From contig CM097882.1 of the NCBI GenBank assembly GCA_044892505.1, positions 93,558,001 to 93,622,000 of the forward strand: a stretch of DNA of 64,000 nt, in the 5' to 3' direction. Source of the DNA: Schmidtea nova (lineage: Eukaryota). The notes under the pieces are model-generated. The model saw only the letters and a list, made by a program, of their open reading frames with translations. It made no database searches and was not told the origin of the DNA. The translations under genes and the position numbers were made by a program. Positions 1-12,223 of this stretch are shown piece after piece (within the stretch, counting starts at the first letter, position 1; the number at the start of each line of letters is the position of its first letter).

Positions 1-667
1 TGATAGGTTACTTACGTTTTATTTTTTAAAAAACCACTTTAGAATTGGGTAAAAAAGCACACAAGTTAAATCTATTAACACTTTATTACAATTTTATCTT
101 TCTTGCTTTAGCTGACGCAAAATTGTTTAATTATATTATCAAAGTCAATTTCTTCAGTCATTTATCGTTCTATGCTAAGTAAAGCAAGATCACATAATCG
201 ACTTTGGCCCATCGAGGCTCTCAAATATGAAAGTATCAATTTTAATTTGCTAAATGATCTTTCGCAACTGGCAATAGAAACCGCGATTGTCAGCAATATT
301 TGCAATGCTATACGCATATCGTACCTACGTTAGAATAGCGATGCACGTGCTACGCGATGGGGATTCCCCGTATTCCGAACGGCTTTAGCACAGAACACAA
401 AACACGCTGCTATTCTGCATTTCTTTTTTTCAAATACAAAATCACATTTTTAGAGAAAGAGAGCTAGAGGCATAGAGAACATGGACAAACAAACGAAAAA
501 CAAATGCGTGATTTTTACTACTCAGTTTTTTAATACACATATTTATATCTATAAAAATATTTTTTTTATTTTCATTTTCGTATTTATACGTTAGGAGCGT
601 TTTCGCGCCCCCTTCAGTTAGCGCCCATGGCACGTGCCATGCCTGCCATACCCTAGTTATGCCTCTG
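1..667 (-). mobile_element. Internally deleted hAT element (5' terminus joined to transposase C-terminal remnant); runs off the window start
   Basis: Minus strand begins CAGAGGCATAACTAGGG at 667, a hAT-type terminus with GC-rich subterminal motifs. Positions ~325-85 translate to IALQILLTIAVSIASCERSFSKLKLILSYLRASMGQSRLCDLALLSIER* (hAT dimerisation domain) with a stop and a frameshift. Confidence 0.75.
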
Positions 668-1839
668 TACATAATCAAATACATATTACGGCACCGCAAA
701 TTTATTTAATTATGAACTATAAATGACTTTATTTATGTAACATTTATACTTTTGGAGGTAAACTTTTATTCCAGCTATTTGACTTTACTTTGTGTTGGCG
801 AGGTATGAAAATGTTTTCACTTTTTTTCAGAGAAGTTTCTACATATACGAAACAAGGAGTGGTAATGCTAAAAACAATAACCAAATTAGAAATTATCCAA
901 AAAAAAGTTTAGTAGCACTGCTTAGACGGCTAGCTTCAGACTTCATGATTCTGGAAGATAATTTAAGGCAAAATTTACTACTTGTTAGGAGTCTCTCATA
1001 AAATATAATTAGAATATAATTAGAATAAAATAAATTAATAAAATATCTAACCTTAACAGTGAATAACCTCCTAAATTACTAAATTCTACAATATAATTCC
1101 ATTGAATCTGGATTGATAATGCTCCATCAATTTTGTCTGGGTTCTACCATATATTAATTATATACCCATACTTGCATTTAATGGACCCATTAAAAAATTA
1201 TGAGACCATATAATTGATAGTGAATAGTAAAATATTATCAAATTACAATTTATTAGTAAGCGTAAAATAATTACGATTTTTTTATTTAATTATTATTGTA
1301 ATTTATTTGTTTATTATCCTCCATTTGTAACCAAGGCTGCCTTCACTTGGTCACTAGTGATCCACACAGTTGGTCATAAAACTTTCAAAAATTGAAAAAG
1401 CATTCTACTAGTATATTTTTTATCATTTAAAATAATACCAGAACATGAAAGATTTGGTGGCGGGTTCACTACTGGTGACTGACTTTTTCAGCTGGCAACC
1501 TAAAAATACGAAAATATTTCTATTTAGATTTGTATTCGTTGAAAGTTCAAACATTGGTTCTTTTCTTCGAAAAAAATGTTAAATTTTAGTTAAATTTTAT
1601 TGCTTTTCCAATGCATTTACCGAACCAATAACAAATTAGCGGATATTCTCCGTAATTATTGTAAGGAAAAAAAAATAATTAATTAAATTAAGCTATTGCA
1701 TAACAATAATTCAAAATCGTAGTTTCAAGATTAAAGGTCATTTATGATGCTTGATCGTTGTGATTGAATTTTGGTTTGTGTGTGTTTGCAGGTGTTCTGT
1801 ATCAATAATGAGTAAACCATTTTTAGATAATATGAAGAG

Positions 1840-2220
1840 TTATTTAAGTGTGTGTTATAAATTTGTCGTCAGAATATATTTTGGTGTATCTGTGTCTCTT
1901 TTTAACAGTTATAAAAACTATAAACGCTGTTCCGAATTTATAAAATATATCTCAAAAATGGCGAAGGATAATTTCATTTACAAAAATTAAAAGACAATTT
2001 TGCAATATTTTAGAGGATAATTCTATGGAATATGTCGACAAGTGAACACTTATATTTTGTGCTAAATTGAATAAAATTATAAAAAAATAATAAATAAAAT
2101 ATATTTTATAAAATATAAAATTCAATATTTTTCATATGAATGTTTGTAATTTTGTATACACTTGATAAAGGTTGTGTAGAAATATCGTGTACCCTAATAA
2201 AACATTTTGTCTGTAGTCTT
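1840..2220 (+). mobile_element. Decayed Penelope-like 3' end with minimal hammerhead motif
   Basis: TACAC-TTGATAA-A-GGTTGTGTA-GAAA-TATC-GTGTA at 2157-2191 has a 5-bp stem I, a U3/A8 core and a degenerate stem II. It matches the motif at 20293-20325. Upstream GIY-YIG similarity is weak. Confidence 0.45.
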
Positions 2221-2790
2221 ATAAATAAAAATCAAAGGTGAAACCAAAAGATAATGATGATAAAATATGATATAAAATATTAAATTAAATTAAACATAAA
2301 CAGATAAAAATAATATAAAGATGTACTATTGGTATACTATAAAAATATTCAAATAAAAAATATTGTTAATTTGTGCCTACTGTTGGAAAGTATAGGTGTT
2401 ATTACAAAAATTATTATTGACTCTAGGGATTAATACAAACCATAGCCCATCAAAAATATTAAACTACCTTACTCATGTACCCATAGCTACTCCCTGGATA
2501 ATTCTGTTGGTATTCTACACGGTGGCGAGAATATAGTGAGCAGGTGAGCTTCATTACCAAAACTAGTCCTCACTATATTCTCCTTTTGGGCTCTTGCTAC
2601 CGATAGAAGGACTTACAAATACGTATGCTTTAGGTCCTGTCGAATGATTAATTCCTGAATTTCTGTCACTTTATCGTACTTGAAATCTACACATAATCGT
2701 TCCCAAAACTATTTAAATAACATCCCCTAATTTACTTTTCCCTCTCCATTATATATAATTTAATAAAACGATGGTTCAAAGACTCTAACC

Positions 2791-3046
2791 CAGCGGTCGG
2801 GGAACTTTTTTAACCATTATCCCAAAATATTTTTGCGTAAGTCGATATTGTCCCCCCCATTCTGAAAAGAAAACAATCAATGTAAATTTTAAATAAACAT
2901 TAATTATTAAATTAATTTACATTTACACATTTATAAAAAAAGTTACATAAAATAGCAATTTAAATATTAGAAAAATTTCCCTATTACCCAAAAACTTTTC
3001 ATTTTTACCCCATTTGGGGTAATTTACCCCGGTTCACCGACCACTG
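2791..3046. mobile_element. hAT MITE (256 bp)
   Basis: TIRs CAGCGGTCGGGGAAC / CAGTGGTCGGTGAAC. Perfect 8-bp TSD CTCTAACC at 2783-2790 and 3047-3054. Confidence 0.92.
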
Positions 3047-3239
3047 CTCTAACCGATCAATCGATCCAAGCACTTTTAACTGATCGGGAACTCGTGGCCT
3101 CTGCACCAACAGAGCTCCTCCTAAAATCAGTTTAATAGGGAATCATTTAAACGAGGATAATAATATTTAATGAACACAAAAATCATAATTCAAAATAATT
3201 ATTAGACACTGTTGAGGTTGTATTTTTATTATTTTTATT

Positions 3240-3450
3240 ATCATTGTAGTGTGCTTGATATGAATTATTTTACTTGTATTACTACTGTAGTGTGTTTGCT
3301 TAATTCGACTAATTTTATTTTTATTATTAATTGAAGGAGTATTGTGGGTTTGCACCCTCCTCAACCCCTTACAAACTGCTTTTAGATGTGTGTGTCATGT
3401 GGCTATGGTTGGGGAGATTGAAGACAGTGATTGCAGAGTTGTATGAATTT
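3240..3450 (+). repeat. Dispersed LTR-like repeat family, copy A (homologous to 42255-42478)
   Basis: Colinear blocks such as TTTTATTATTAATTGAAGGAGT and GTGTGTCATGTGGCTATG are shared with 42255-42478. The adjacent 2770-3135 (minus the MITE) matches 41235-41340, and 2535-2580 matches 48402-48447. Confidence 0.75.
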
Positions 3451-3532
3451 ATTAGTTTTGAATTTTATAATTATTTTTATCTTGTTAATTATTTTAGATC
3501 GTAATCGATCAATTCCTATAGTTAAGAAATAA

Positions 3533-5363
3533 TTATGGGAATTGCCAAGAAAAAAACAATTTAAAATTAGGTAGTATTGAGTAAGACGAGTCTGTGACCA
3601 TCGTGACAATACGTGTTGGTGAGAGTGATGACGGAGATGCGGTTTGTGGAGGCTGTGGTAGAATGTGTGTGTAGTCTGTGCGGGTTTCGTCGTCGGAAAA
3701 GGTTGGCGGTGCTTCTGGTATTGTTAGTGGTGTTTCTGATGGTGTTGTGAATGTTACTGCTTGTAGTGATGCGGGTGGTGTTCTGTGTGGTGTACCGAGT
3801 AATGTCATTGTTGATGTTGTTGCTAGTGTTGTGCAAGGTGTGCTGGTTGGTTCTTGTTCTGGTGTTGATGCTTGTATTGGTATTGGTGATGGTGTTGTGT
3901 GAGAAAATAGTACTATGGAGATGGGAGCCGTTGTTTCTGAGATGGTGTTTGTTGGCGCAGTTGATCGTATGCGCGTTGGACGTGGTTGGCTGTAAGAAAG
4001 AGAATTCACTGGCGATAAGTCATCGGGGCGTCCATGAATGTCCGATGACTGGGTTAGTTTTTGAAGGATGGGCGTCACGTGTGCGCTAAGTGCATCCTTT
4101 GAGGCACAATCTGGCTTCATTCTTGTAGAGGTGATGGTGAATACACACTGGTATTATTGGATTGTGATGTGTACGGAATTCGGACGTGCAACCGATGCAG
4201 CATTTCTGTGCATGTTGTCTAAATCTGTTATGATAAAAGCAGATTAGTTTGGACGCTGTTATTGGGTTGCCTGTTTTTCGCGCGTGTTGTTGGAAGGTGA
4301 TTGGTATGATGTGCATCATGTGATGGAGAGGTGTTGTTGGGATATCTTTCAACTGTAAGGGGGAAAGGGTGGTGAGGTGTATGCGCTGCGTTAACAGGAG
4401 GGGTAGTGGAGGTTCTGCGTAAATATCTGCGCGGGGTTTATGTTGTTGCAGTGCGTGAATGCAGTCAGCGATCTTCGCGAAGTGATACGGATCTTCAGAG
4501 TCAACCAATGCCAGTGAAGTTTGTAGATGGTAAGGGAGTGCAGAAAGGAATTTGTGGGTCAATAGAGGCGCATTTTTAGAAAGACCAGGATACTGCCGCA
4601 TCGTTTGAACGAACTATCTCTCCCAAAAAAGACTAGGTTGTTGGCCTGAGTAAATCTGTGGCGCCAAGAGTTTTTTAGAACTTGGGTCTGTGAAGAGGTA
4701 TACTTGGATACTATCAGAAATTTCAAATCATCGTACGGGTTATCTGAATAAAGAACATCGGCTATTTTCGGGGCAAACTCGGTTATCAACTGAGAGAGTA
4801 GGCTGTCGAGTAGGTAATCTGCACCTGATTTCGGGAAGGACGACGTACGCGATTCAAAAATGTGGAACCACGACGAGGGTGTACCGTAGGGATCCAAAAA
4901 AACAAAATTGGACGGAAAGCGGATGAAGAAATAGATTCTGTTTGAAGTCGCACGCCTCCAAGAATACGTAAATGGACGTCTACGATCGAGTTTGGTTTGA
5001 TTTCAGAGGTTGTAGCGATGCGAAATCCGTTGGTCGATAAATAAAAGGATGTGTTGTAAATGTGGTGGAACGCAGCTATATATTTGTGTAGATCTGTGGT
5101 GATATTTACTTGAGTTATTTTGTTATTGAAGCGCGTTAAGACATATGTTGGGGAAGAAATGTCGGTGGTGGTGGAAGAATTTCTGCTGTACAAGAAATTT
5201 TGTGTAGGGTTGTGGGCGTGGCTTGTATTGAATGTTGCTTTCGCGCTTTTCCGATTCAGATCTTCGGTATTCAGTTTCTGATGTTTGTTGAAATGTCGTG
5301 CCAGGAGTCTTGGAACTGAACTGACTACGAGAGGAATCGGTATGATCAGGTCTTCTGACACCG
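3533..5363 (-). pseudogene. Gypsy-type gag-like remnant with N-terminal ubiquitin-like domain, tandem C-x2-H-x9-C-x3-C knuckles and a Pro/Thr/Ser-rich tail; no pol
   Basis: Overlapping ORFs 5361-4786, 4897-4559, 4601-4086 and 4120-3533 join to give ...IVDVHLRILGG-...SSWFHIFE...PYDDLKFLIVSKY...KFLSALPYHLQTSL...AKIAD...CFYHNRFRQHAQKCCIGC. tRNA-Leu-like PBS CGGTGTCAGAAG at 5363-5352. Two frameshifts and stops. Confidence 0.7.
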
Positions 5364-7543
5364 ATTATCGTTACTAGAAAATAGACGGTAACAAAAAACA
5401 AAATTTTATTAAACATGAAATAGTTTTCTGGTGCTGGGTGCTGCGTTGAAATAGTTTGTTTGCTGAGCTCCATCTTTTCTTTATTCAATTGAACATGCAT
5501 TTTTCTTTTTTGAGATTATTAAAACAACTCTTTATAAATATGTCGATATTTTTAATTTAATAATATATAAGTTATATATCTTAAAATTATTTAAAATATA
5601 TATAGATATATACTAATACCTACAAACACAAGCACACTAATAACCAACACGCACCCCAGCTGTCCTAAGACAAATTTTACCGTTGACTCGGCAGGGCTCT
5701 ACAACTTCTTTTCTCACACATACTATAAAAAAATCCACAATATAAAAACAGGACTTAACAGACACCATTAAAATTTATTGAAACTTCCAGTTGTACATTG
5801 CGCCAAATTATAAAAAATAATTTGAATAAACTCACAGTAAATCCTTCTTCCTGAATAATCAAATAACTAGTGATAGGTAATGGAATCACTCTCAAAACTA
5901 AACTGATTGTCCGCAAGTTTATGATTTCAAAAAGTGTTAAAGTTATGATTTTTCATTGCCTATATATACTATTCTTTGAGTGGATGTGTGTCCATTACCG
6001 ATACGGGGTTGTTACACAAATGTTAGCAAAACTGTAGGTGTACGCGGCGGCTTTCCTTTCATTTTTCTATTACTTTACCGATGCAATACCAGTCACTTGG
6101 AGACTACGTGAACGCTTGCACGAAAACTCTTCCAAGACTGCATGCACATATTTTCCAAAATATTTTTATATTACTATTTTAGTAATATTTCTAACATTAT
6201 TCACGAATCATCAACAGCTCATTAAATTATTCAATTGTCAACTGAAATTAAAGCGCGTCGACCGAAAATCGTGTGGTAATTCATCTGGTCACTCGCTCGT
6301 ATAAATCTGGTGAATGAATAATAAAATCTAAATTGTCGATGCATTGCGAATTGTGACAACGCAAATTCATAGCCACATATATTTAATTCAATTTCATTTC
6401 TTTATAAAAATTATTTTTATAATTATTTTATTTATTTATCGTTGTAAATATTGTTTTTATCTTTTAAAGATTTATTATTAAATTATTCAGGTTGATCATA
6501 CAATTTATATTTTCTGTTTTGAATCATTTCACAAAATTTATTTTGTCGATTCCACCAGCCCAACACTATGCTTCATATACGATAAATGTAGCTTGTTTCA
6601 CCAGAGGAATAAAAAATTCCTGAAAGATTGTTTGAGAACAATCTCTTGGAATGAGCATTTTAAAACGCTAATAGTTACCGCCTGCCCCTTGCCCTAACTC
6701 TCGATTGAGACAACAATATAAATTTTCATTAAAATCATACAGTTTAATTTTAAACCAATATAAACTTATTATTAACTTCAAAACGAATGCCCGTCGTTAA
6801 TTACAACCAATTTATCAACAAAAGAAAAAGAATTAGAAATAATAAATAAACATTCAGATTGTAAAACAAACCATTCAAGATAGTAAATTGAGTTAGAGAC
6901 AAAACTGCGTTACGTAAAGTTTAATTTGATTAAAAAATGAAATAGCCAATTATCGTATGTATTTTCTCGTTGCGTTTGATTTCAAAGCCCCCCTCCCGGG
7001 GTTGCTGCATAATATTAATTAACGAGCATTAAGTTGAAAGACTAAATAATGGATTTCGGTTTCTAGTTGATGCTAATTTGTTGAATATGTCACAAACGAA
7101 TAAAGTTAAAACGGGAAAATCACAGAGAAAATTATTAGTTGACGCTTAACAAGGAAAATTTTAATAAAAAAAATTATTTTGTGAATAAAAAGTCGACCCT
7201 AAAAAAACATATTTGTTGAATCGTTTTTCGCAATTTTGATGGCGACAGAAATAACGGCATAGTTTGTAAATTTTGGGATTTCGTTACTTTGTTACCATGT
7301 TCAATTGGGACTTTTTATACTCATTCTCGGCATTTATCGGCTTTTTATTGTTTTGTCAAAAATATGCCGTGAAACATTACAAATTTCAATNNNNNNNNNN
7401 NNNNNNNNNNNNNNNNNNNNNNNNNNNNNNNNNNNNNNNNNNNNNNNNNNNNNNNNNNNNNNNNNNNNNNNNNNNNNNNNNNNNNNNNNNNNNNNNNNNN
7501 NNNNNNNNNNNNNNNNNNNNNNNNNNNNNNNNNNNNNNNNNNN

Positions 7544-8346
7544 TGGCCTATTATTAATAAAAACAAGAAATCGCCAAACAATAGAAATATATTTCAAAGA
7601 CATAGTCCTCATCATCAGTCTGCCATCATAATCTAAATCAAATGCTATATACGGAAACAGTAATGACGTAATGGCTATGATTTAATGATTTAATTAAATA
7701 ATCTCAATAAATTCGTTGCTGATTGAATATTAATTGTAGGGGATTGTGATTTAATCACCAACGCCTCACATAAAATTCTTTCCCATTTATTATTAAAGTT
7801 TTTTAATATAATTTTAAAATCTTTTAAATCAGTTTCTCCTATACATATTTTTCAATGCTCAATAATATTACTCACACCTTTCAATCGGATATGTTCCTGA
7901 ACCCGTGTGCGGAGATGACGGGAAATCTCTCCAATGTATGTGGCATTGCACCCATTACAAGAAAACTTATACACTAGATCAGAAACTAAACCTATTGGGG
8001 TTTGAGATTTATTACTAAGCATATTTACTGATTTTAAAGACTTTGACACTATGTTAGATATGTTAGAATTTCCTAAGGATTTCATTATAGAACACTTAAA
8101 GTTTTTAAAACCTTCCGAATATGGAATTACTAAAACGTGCGTTTTTAAATGTTCACTATCATTAGATGGACTACCATTTACAATGCTTTCATCAGGCTCA
8201 ATCAATAGCCGATCAATGGTTTCCTTAGTCAGTCTTTCTTCAAAAGCCTTTGAATATCCATTTTTATTCAGAAGAGAAACAAGTTTATGTATACTTTTGT
8301 TAGATTTTTCAAAAGTAGAAGATAATGACCACGATCTAAAAATCAA
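7544..8346 (-). mobile_element. Inverted partial Penelope copy (GIY-YIG endonuclease plus 3' pseudo-LTR)
   Basis: Reverse complement is ~98% identical by eye to 13160-13935. Encodes VYKFSCNGCNATYIGEISRHLRTRVQEH, then a nonsense codon (AGA>TGA) at 7852. Confidence 0.95.
7577..7627 (-). ncRNA. Minimal type I hammerhead ribozyme in Penelope pLTR
   Basis: GATGGCAGA-CTGATGA-T-GAGGAC-TAT-GTCTTT-GAAA-TATAT-T-TCTATTGTT: conserved CUGAnGA and GAAA cores, a hairpin stem II, a palindromic stem III and a wobble-rich stem I. Confidence 0.6.
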
Positions 8347-8773
8347 TTAAAAAAAAATTAATTAAATTAGGAAAGATGTTTGGTGTATTTAAATTTAATG
8401 TTGAGAATACAGTAGTTAATCTTAGTGATATAGAACTTAAGTCTGAAGAAATGAATATTTTGAAATTTGGACCTAAACATGGTATTAGACATCGTATCAA
8501 TGACCAACGGTTTATGGCTAAGATTGAATCATATTTTGGTTTTTTGACAAATTCGTCATATAGAAAATATTTTAACGTAGATAAATTGAAATATAGTTTA
8601 CAATCAAGTGCTGTTGAGTATCTTAGGAAAAATAAGTTACAAAATAATAGCGATTTTTCAGTGTTAAAGACACTATCCAAAAAACCGGTGAAGGTTTGTA
8701 AGTTTGATAAAGGAAATGGACTTGTAGTTATGAATGAGGTGGATTATTTCAAAAAATTGTATAAAGTAATGGA

Positions 8774-11700
8774 CAGGGCCGGCCCTAGACCATGCGGGGC
8801 CCAAGGCAGCAAACGATGCGGGCCCTATTTCCAAGGCAAAAATTTGTAATTCTACATATATTAAAATAATGAGAAATAAAAAATTAAATTACTTAAATTT
8901 TTACTCTATAACAGCGTTGATACATCAATAATTACAGTTTTATTCATTTAACTGACGATCATAAAACTAAAAAAAAAATGTACAAATTTAAAATTAAAAT
9001 GTTTTGTGTTGGCATGCTAATTGACAGTTCACTGTTCCTAACATTATAAACTATATATATACACTTTATAGCGTTGGTTTGGTTATATCTTCTATACTTC
9101 CACCTTGTTTTTACAATTAGGCCTACAAGCAAATCTTGCGAGCTTTGGCTGCTGCAAAATCTGAAATAAGTTCATTATAGTCAAGATCCTTAGCAACTTC
9201 ATTCTCAATTGACAAAATAGCTAAGTTACTGAGCCGATTTTGAATCATTGTTGATCGCATATAGGTTTTAATAAGTTTTAGTTTCGAAAAGCTTCTTTCT
9301 CCTGAACTTACAGTGACAGGAATAGTTAGAAGTATTCGAAGTGCAATGGGTGTGTTAGGAAAGTCACTATAACGGTTGTTCACTAACAGAAACTGCAAAA
9401 TCTTAACAGGATCGTTGTAGGTGGCTGCAGGAATTATGGAACTCAATGATTGCAATTCTTCAGCAAGCATTAAACCATCAATATCCTTACTTTCGCCGGC
9501 TGTGAGCTTTTTCTCTAGATTTATACTGTTATTGAGTAAATCAATTTTTTGTAATTGATGAAATTTATAAAGAAATCCAAACGAGTTATGATGCATTCGT
9601 AGTTGTTCAAATCGACTGTCCATCGACACGATTGTAACATCAACAATCTGGTTAAAAAAATCTGCGCGAAATTTTTCTTGTGGATCTACAAATCCTTCAT
9701 CTTCTCCTTCATATGTAAATTGTTTTTTTCTTTTTCGCACTCTCGTCTCTTTGAAAATAGGTTCAACTTCTAAGTCCGTAGCAATTTCTTTTGCAATTGC
9801 TATTGCTGTTTCAAAACCGCCATCTCTGTAAGATTTCAACCATTTGCAAGTACGTTCCATGCTGTCAATTGCAGTTGCTAGATCAACAGAAATATTTTGT
9901 AATTCTTTGCTGATGTAATTAAACTGGAACAATATGTCATACCAAAAAGCAATTGAAACAATGAAATTGAAGTTCTTAAGTTGTTTGCACAATGACTCTG
10001 CTTCACTTCGAGCTTTTGGATCACTACTTTGATCTGCAACTTCGAAAAGTGCATCATAGATTTTGCCTGCTTGATATCGCACAGCCTTTACACTTTCCAC
10101 ACGGCTTTCCCATCTTGTTTCACAAACTGGTTTTACTGAAATATTTCGAACATACTTGGAAAAGATAGCCCATCGCTTTGTTGAAGCAGAAAATAAAACA
10201 TAGATTTGTTGAATTATACCAAAAAACGTCATTGCATCAGGACAAGTTTTTGCCATATCACATAGCAGCAAGTTGTAGCTGTGACAGGTACAAGGGGTAA
10301 AAAATGCCCTAGGATTTAATTGTAAAAGACGAGCCTGTACTCCTGACTTATGCCCCTTCATGTTCGCACCGTTGTCGTATCCTTGACCGCGGATATCAGA
10401 AACATCTAAGCCCAATCTTGTCAGTTCCAATAGTAAGACATCAAGTAGGTGTTGTCCAGTACTTTCTTCTACTTCTAGAAAACGAATGAAGTGCTCGTGA
10501 ATTACTTCAGAACATTCTCCTTCTGGGCTTACATAGCGAATTGTCAGTGAGATCTGTTCTTGGTGACTTTGGTCGGGTGTGCAATCAAGTACTACTGAAA
10601 AGTATTTAGCAGATTTTACTCTTTCTATAATAATTTCCCTTACCTTATTTCCCATCAACGAAATGAGCTCGTTTTGAATTCGCTTTCCCAAGTAGTGATC
10701 ATGAGTTTGTATTCTTCGTATGTGTTCTTGCAAAATCGGATCAAATTTTGCCAGCAATTCAACGAGACCCAAAAAGTTTCCATTGTGTGCCATATGTAGT
10801 TTATCGACTGAACTACGAAAAGCCATGTTGTGCTCAGAAAGAAATTGGACGATAGCCATTAGACGTTGAAATACACTATGCCAACGAGCCTTTTCACTGT
10901 TTATTAATTTTTGGCTCTGTTTGTCAATTGTGCATCCTTTTGTCAGCCTATTTTCCAGTTCAAACCATTGCAAAGTAGATATCATATGTCCCTTTGATTT
11001 CTCATGATCAGAGAGTCTAAGACTTGCATTTTTCCAGTCACAAATCCCGTCGGATCCCAGAGCAGACAAAGTGTTGCCAAAAAGTTTGCAACAGAAACAA
11101 AATATTTTGTTGTTAGCTGCTGAAAATATAAGCCATTTTCGGTTGACAACTTCTCCATTTTCCATATGTCGTTTGCAGTAGGTTGTTGAAAATTTCCTTC
11201 TATTGCTATCTGCTGGAAAATCTTTTTCTTCAATTTTTTTTGGCCCCTTGCAAACAATTATAGAACGAGTGTCTGCATTCAAATGTTCTGGCCAAGTTGC
11301 TGGATCACTAAAATCATCACTTACATTTGTCAAATTAAACAACTCTTCTGTTTCTTCGCTTGCCGATGTCCGTGTCCCTGTAATCTTTGAAGAATCAACA
11401 ATCCCAACATCAGAAGTATCGATACTAGACTCTGTCTCTATGTTATTTTCATAAGTTGCTGCATCTTTGTATTCTTCAGAAGTCGACGATGTTGACGAAT
11501 TTTGATGTTGTTGTACAAGAAATTTATTGAGAGATTTGGGTTTCTTGCGTTGCTTTTTGTTTTTTCTTTTCATTGCCACTTTTATATTTTCTGCCAAAAT
11601 CGCGATCTCGTTTTGGTGGCATATCCCCTCAGGCCCTCAACTAATTGTCGTACTGACTCGTACAGTTATATTATAATTAAATGTTTTCTGTATAACATTT

Positions 11701-12223
11701 TTTTTCAACATGTATATAATAAAAAATCAAGTTAATAACGAAGTTATTATAATTAATTATTATATATTACATTTTAATGATGATCAATGGCAACAATTTA
11801 AATTGCATCGGTATTAAATTTAGATGACGCAATAAAAAACGTTCCAAAGCGTTTAGACGACCAAAGAGTTGCAAACTTAATTTGAGTGGCGACCTATTTT
11901 TTTCATTTATTTTTTTACTTTTCTTAATATTAATGGTAATATTTCTAAATAAATGTCATAATTGTCAGTGTCAGATTGCAGATAGTTAATTTTATTATAT
12001 TAGTAAGCTATTTTTCTAATTATTTTATCCTGAAAAAATTAAATATAAAGTTGTCTTCATACTTTGTTATAATGTTATATAAAAGACAAGTATTACGCAG
12101 TATTACGCAATAGTATTAAAATTGAAAAATGTAGTAAAAAAATGTTTAGTCAAAGCGCGGGGCCCTGAAAAGCGCGGGGCCCAAGGCAGTCGCCTTTTTC
12201 GCCTTGCCCTAAGGCCGGGCCTG
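8774..12223 (-). mobile_element. Full-length hAT DNA transposon (3450 bp)
   Basis: 15-bp TIRs CAGGGCCGGCCCTAG / CAGGCCCGGCCTTAG. Perfect 8-bp TSD GTAATGGA at 8766-8773 and 12224-12231. Two GCGGGGCCC subterminal motifs at each end. Confidence 0.98.
9123..11597 (-). CDS. hAT transposase, 824 aa (ZMYM1-like group), uninterrupted
   Basis: TTF-type Zn finger (RKWLIFS...FCFCCKLF), LDCTPD (D1), GQGYDNGANM (D2), CTCH (CxxH), TRWESR, SGERSFSKLKLIK (E, dimerisation domain). Confidence 0.96.
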   Translation of the reverse strand: MAENIKVAMKRKNKKQRKKPKSLNKFLVQQHQNSSTSSTSEEYKDAATYENNIETESSIDTSDVGIVDSSKITGTRTSASEETEELFNLTNVSDDFSDPATWPEHLNADTRSIIVCKGPKKIEEKDFPADSNRRKFSTTYCKRHMENGEVVNRKWLIFSAANNKIFCFCCKLFGNTLSALGSDGICDWKNASLRLSDHEKSKGHMISTLQWFELENRLTKGCTIDKQSQKLINSEKARWHSVFQRLMAIVQFLSEHNMAFRSSVDKLHMAHNGNFLGLVELLAKFDPILQEHIRRIQTHDHYLGKRIQNELISLMGNKVREIIIERVKSAKYFSVVLDCTPDQSHQEQISLTIRYVSPEGECSEVIHEHFIRFLEVEESTGQHLLDVLLLELTRLGLDVSDIRGQGYDNGANMKGHKSGVQARLLQLNPRAFFTPCTCHSYNLLLCDMAKTCPDAMTFFGIIQQIYVLFSASTKRWAIFSKYVRNISVKPVCETRWESRVESVKAVRYQAGKIYDALFEVADQSSDPKARSEAESLCKQLKNFNFIVSIAFWYDILFQFNYISKELQNISVDLATAIDSMERTCKWLKSYRDGGFETAIAIAKEIATDLEVEPIFKETRVRKRKKQFTYEGEDEGFVDPQEKFRADFFNQIVDVTIVSMDSRFEQLRMHHNSFGFLYKFHQLQKIDLLNNSINLEKKLTAGESKDIDGLMLAEELQSLSSIIPAATYNDPVKILQFLLVNNRYSDFPNTPIALRILLTIPVTVSSGERSFSKLKLIKTYMRSTMIQNRLSNLAILSIENEVAKDLDYNELISDFAAAKARKICL

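Noticed and set aside
3678-4089. Val/Gly-rich plus-strand ORFs
   Set aside because: Antisense shadows of the ACC-biased Pro/Thr-rich tail on the minus strand.
6545-6720. Coding-looking minus-strand stretch (RELGQGAGGNY*RFKMLIPR)
   Set aside because: Contains stops, no family recognised and no splice support.
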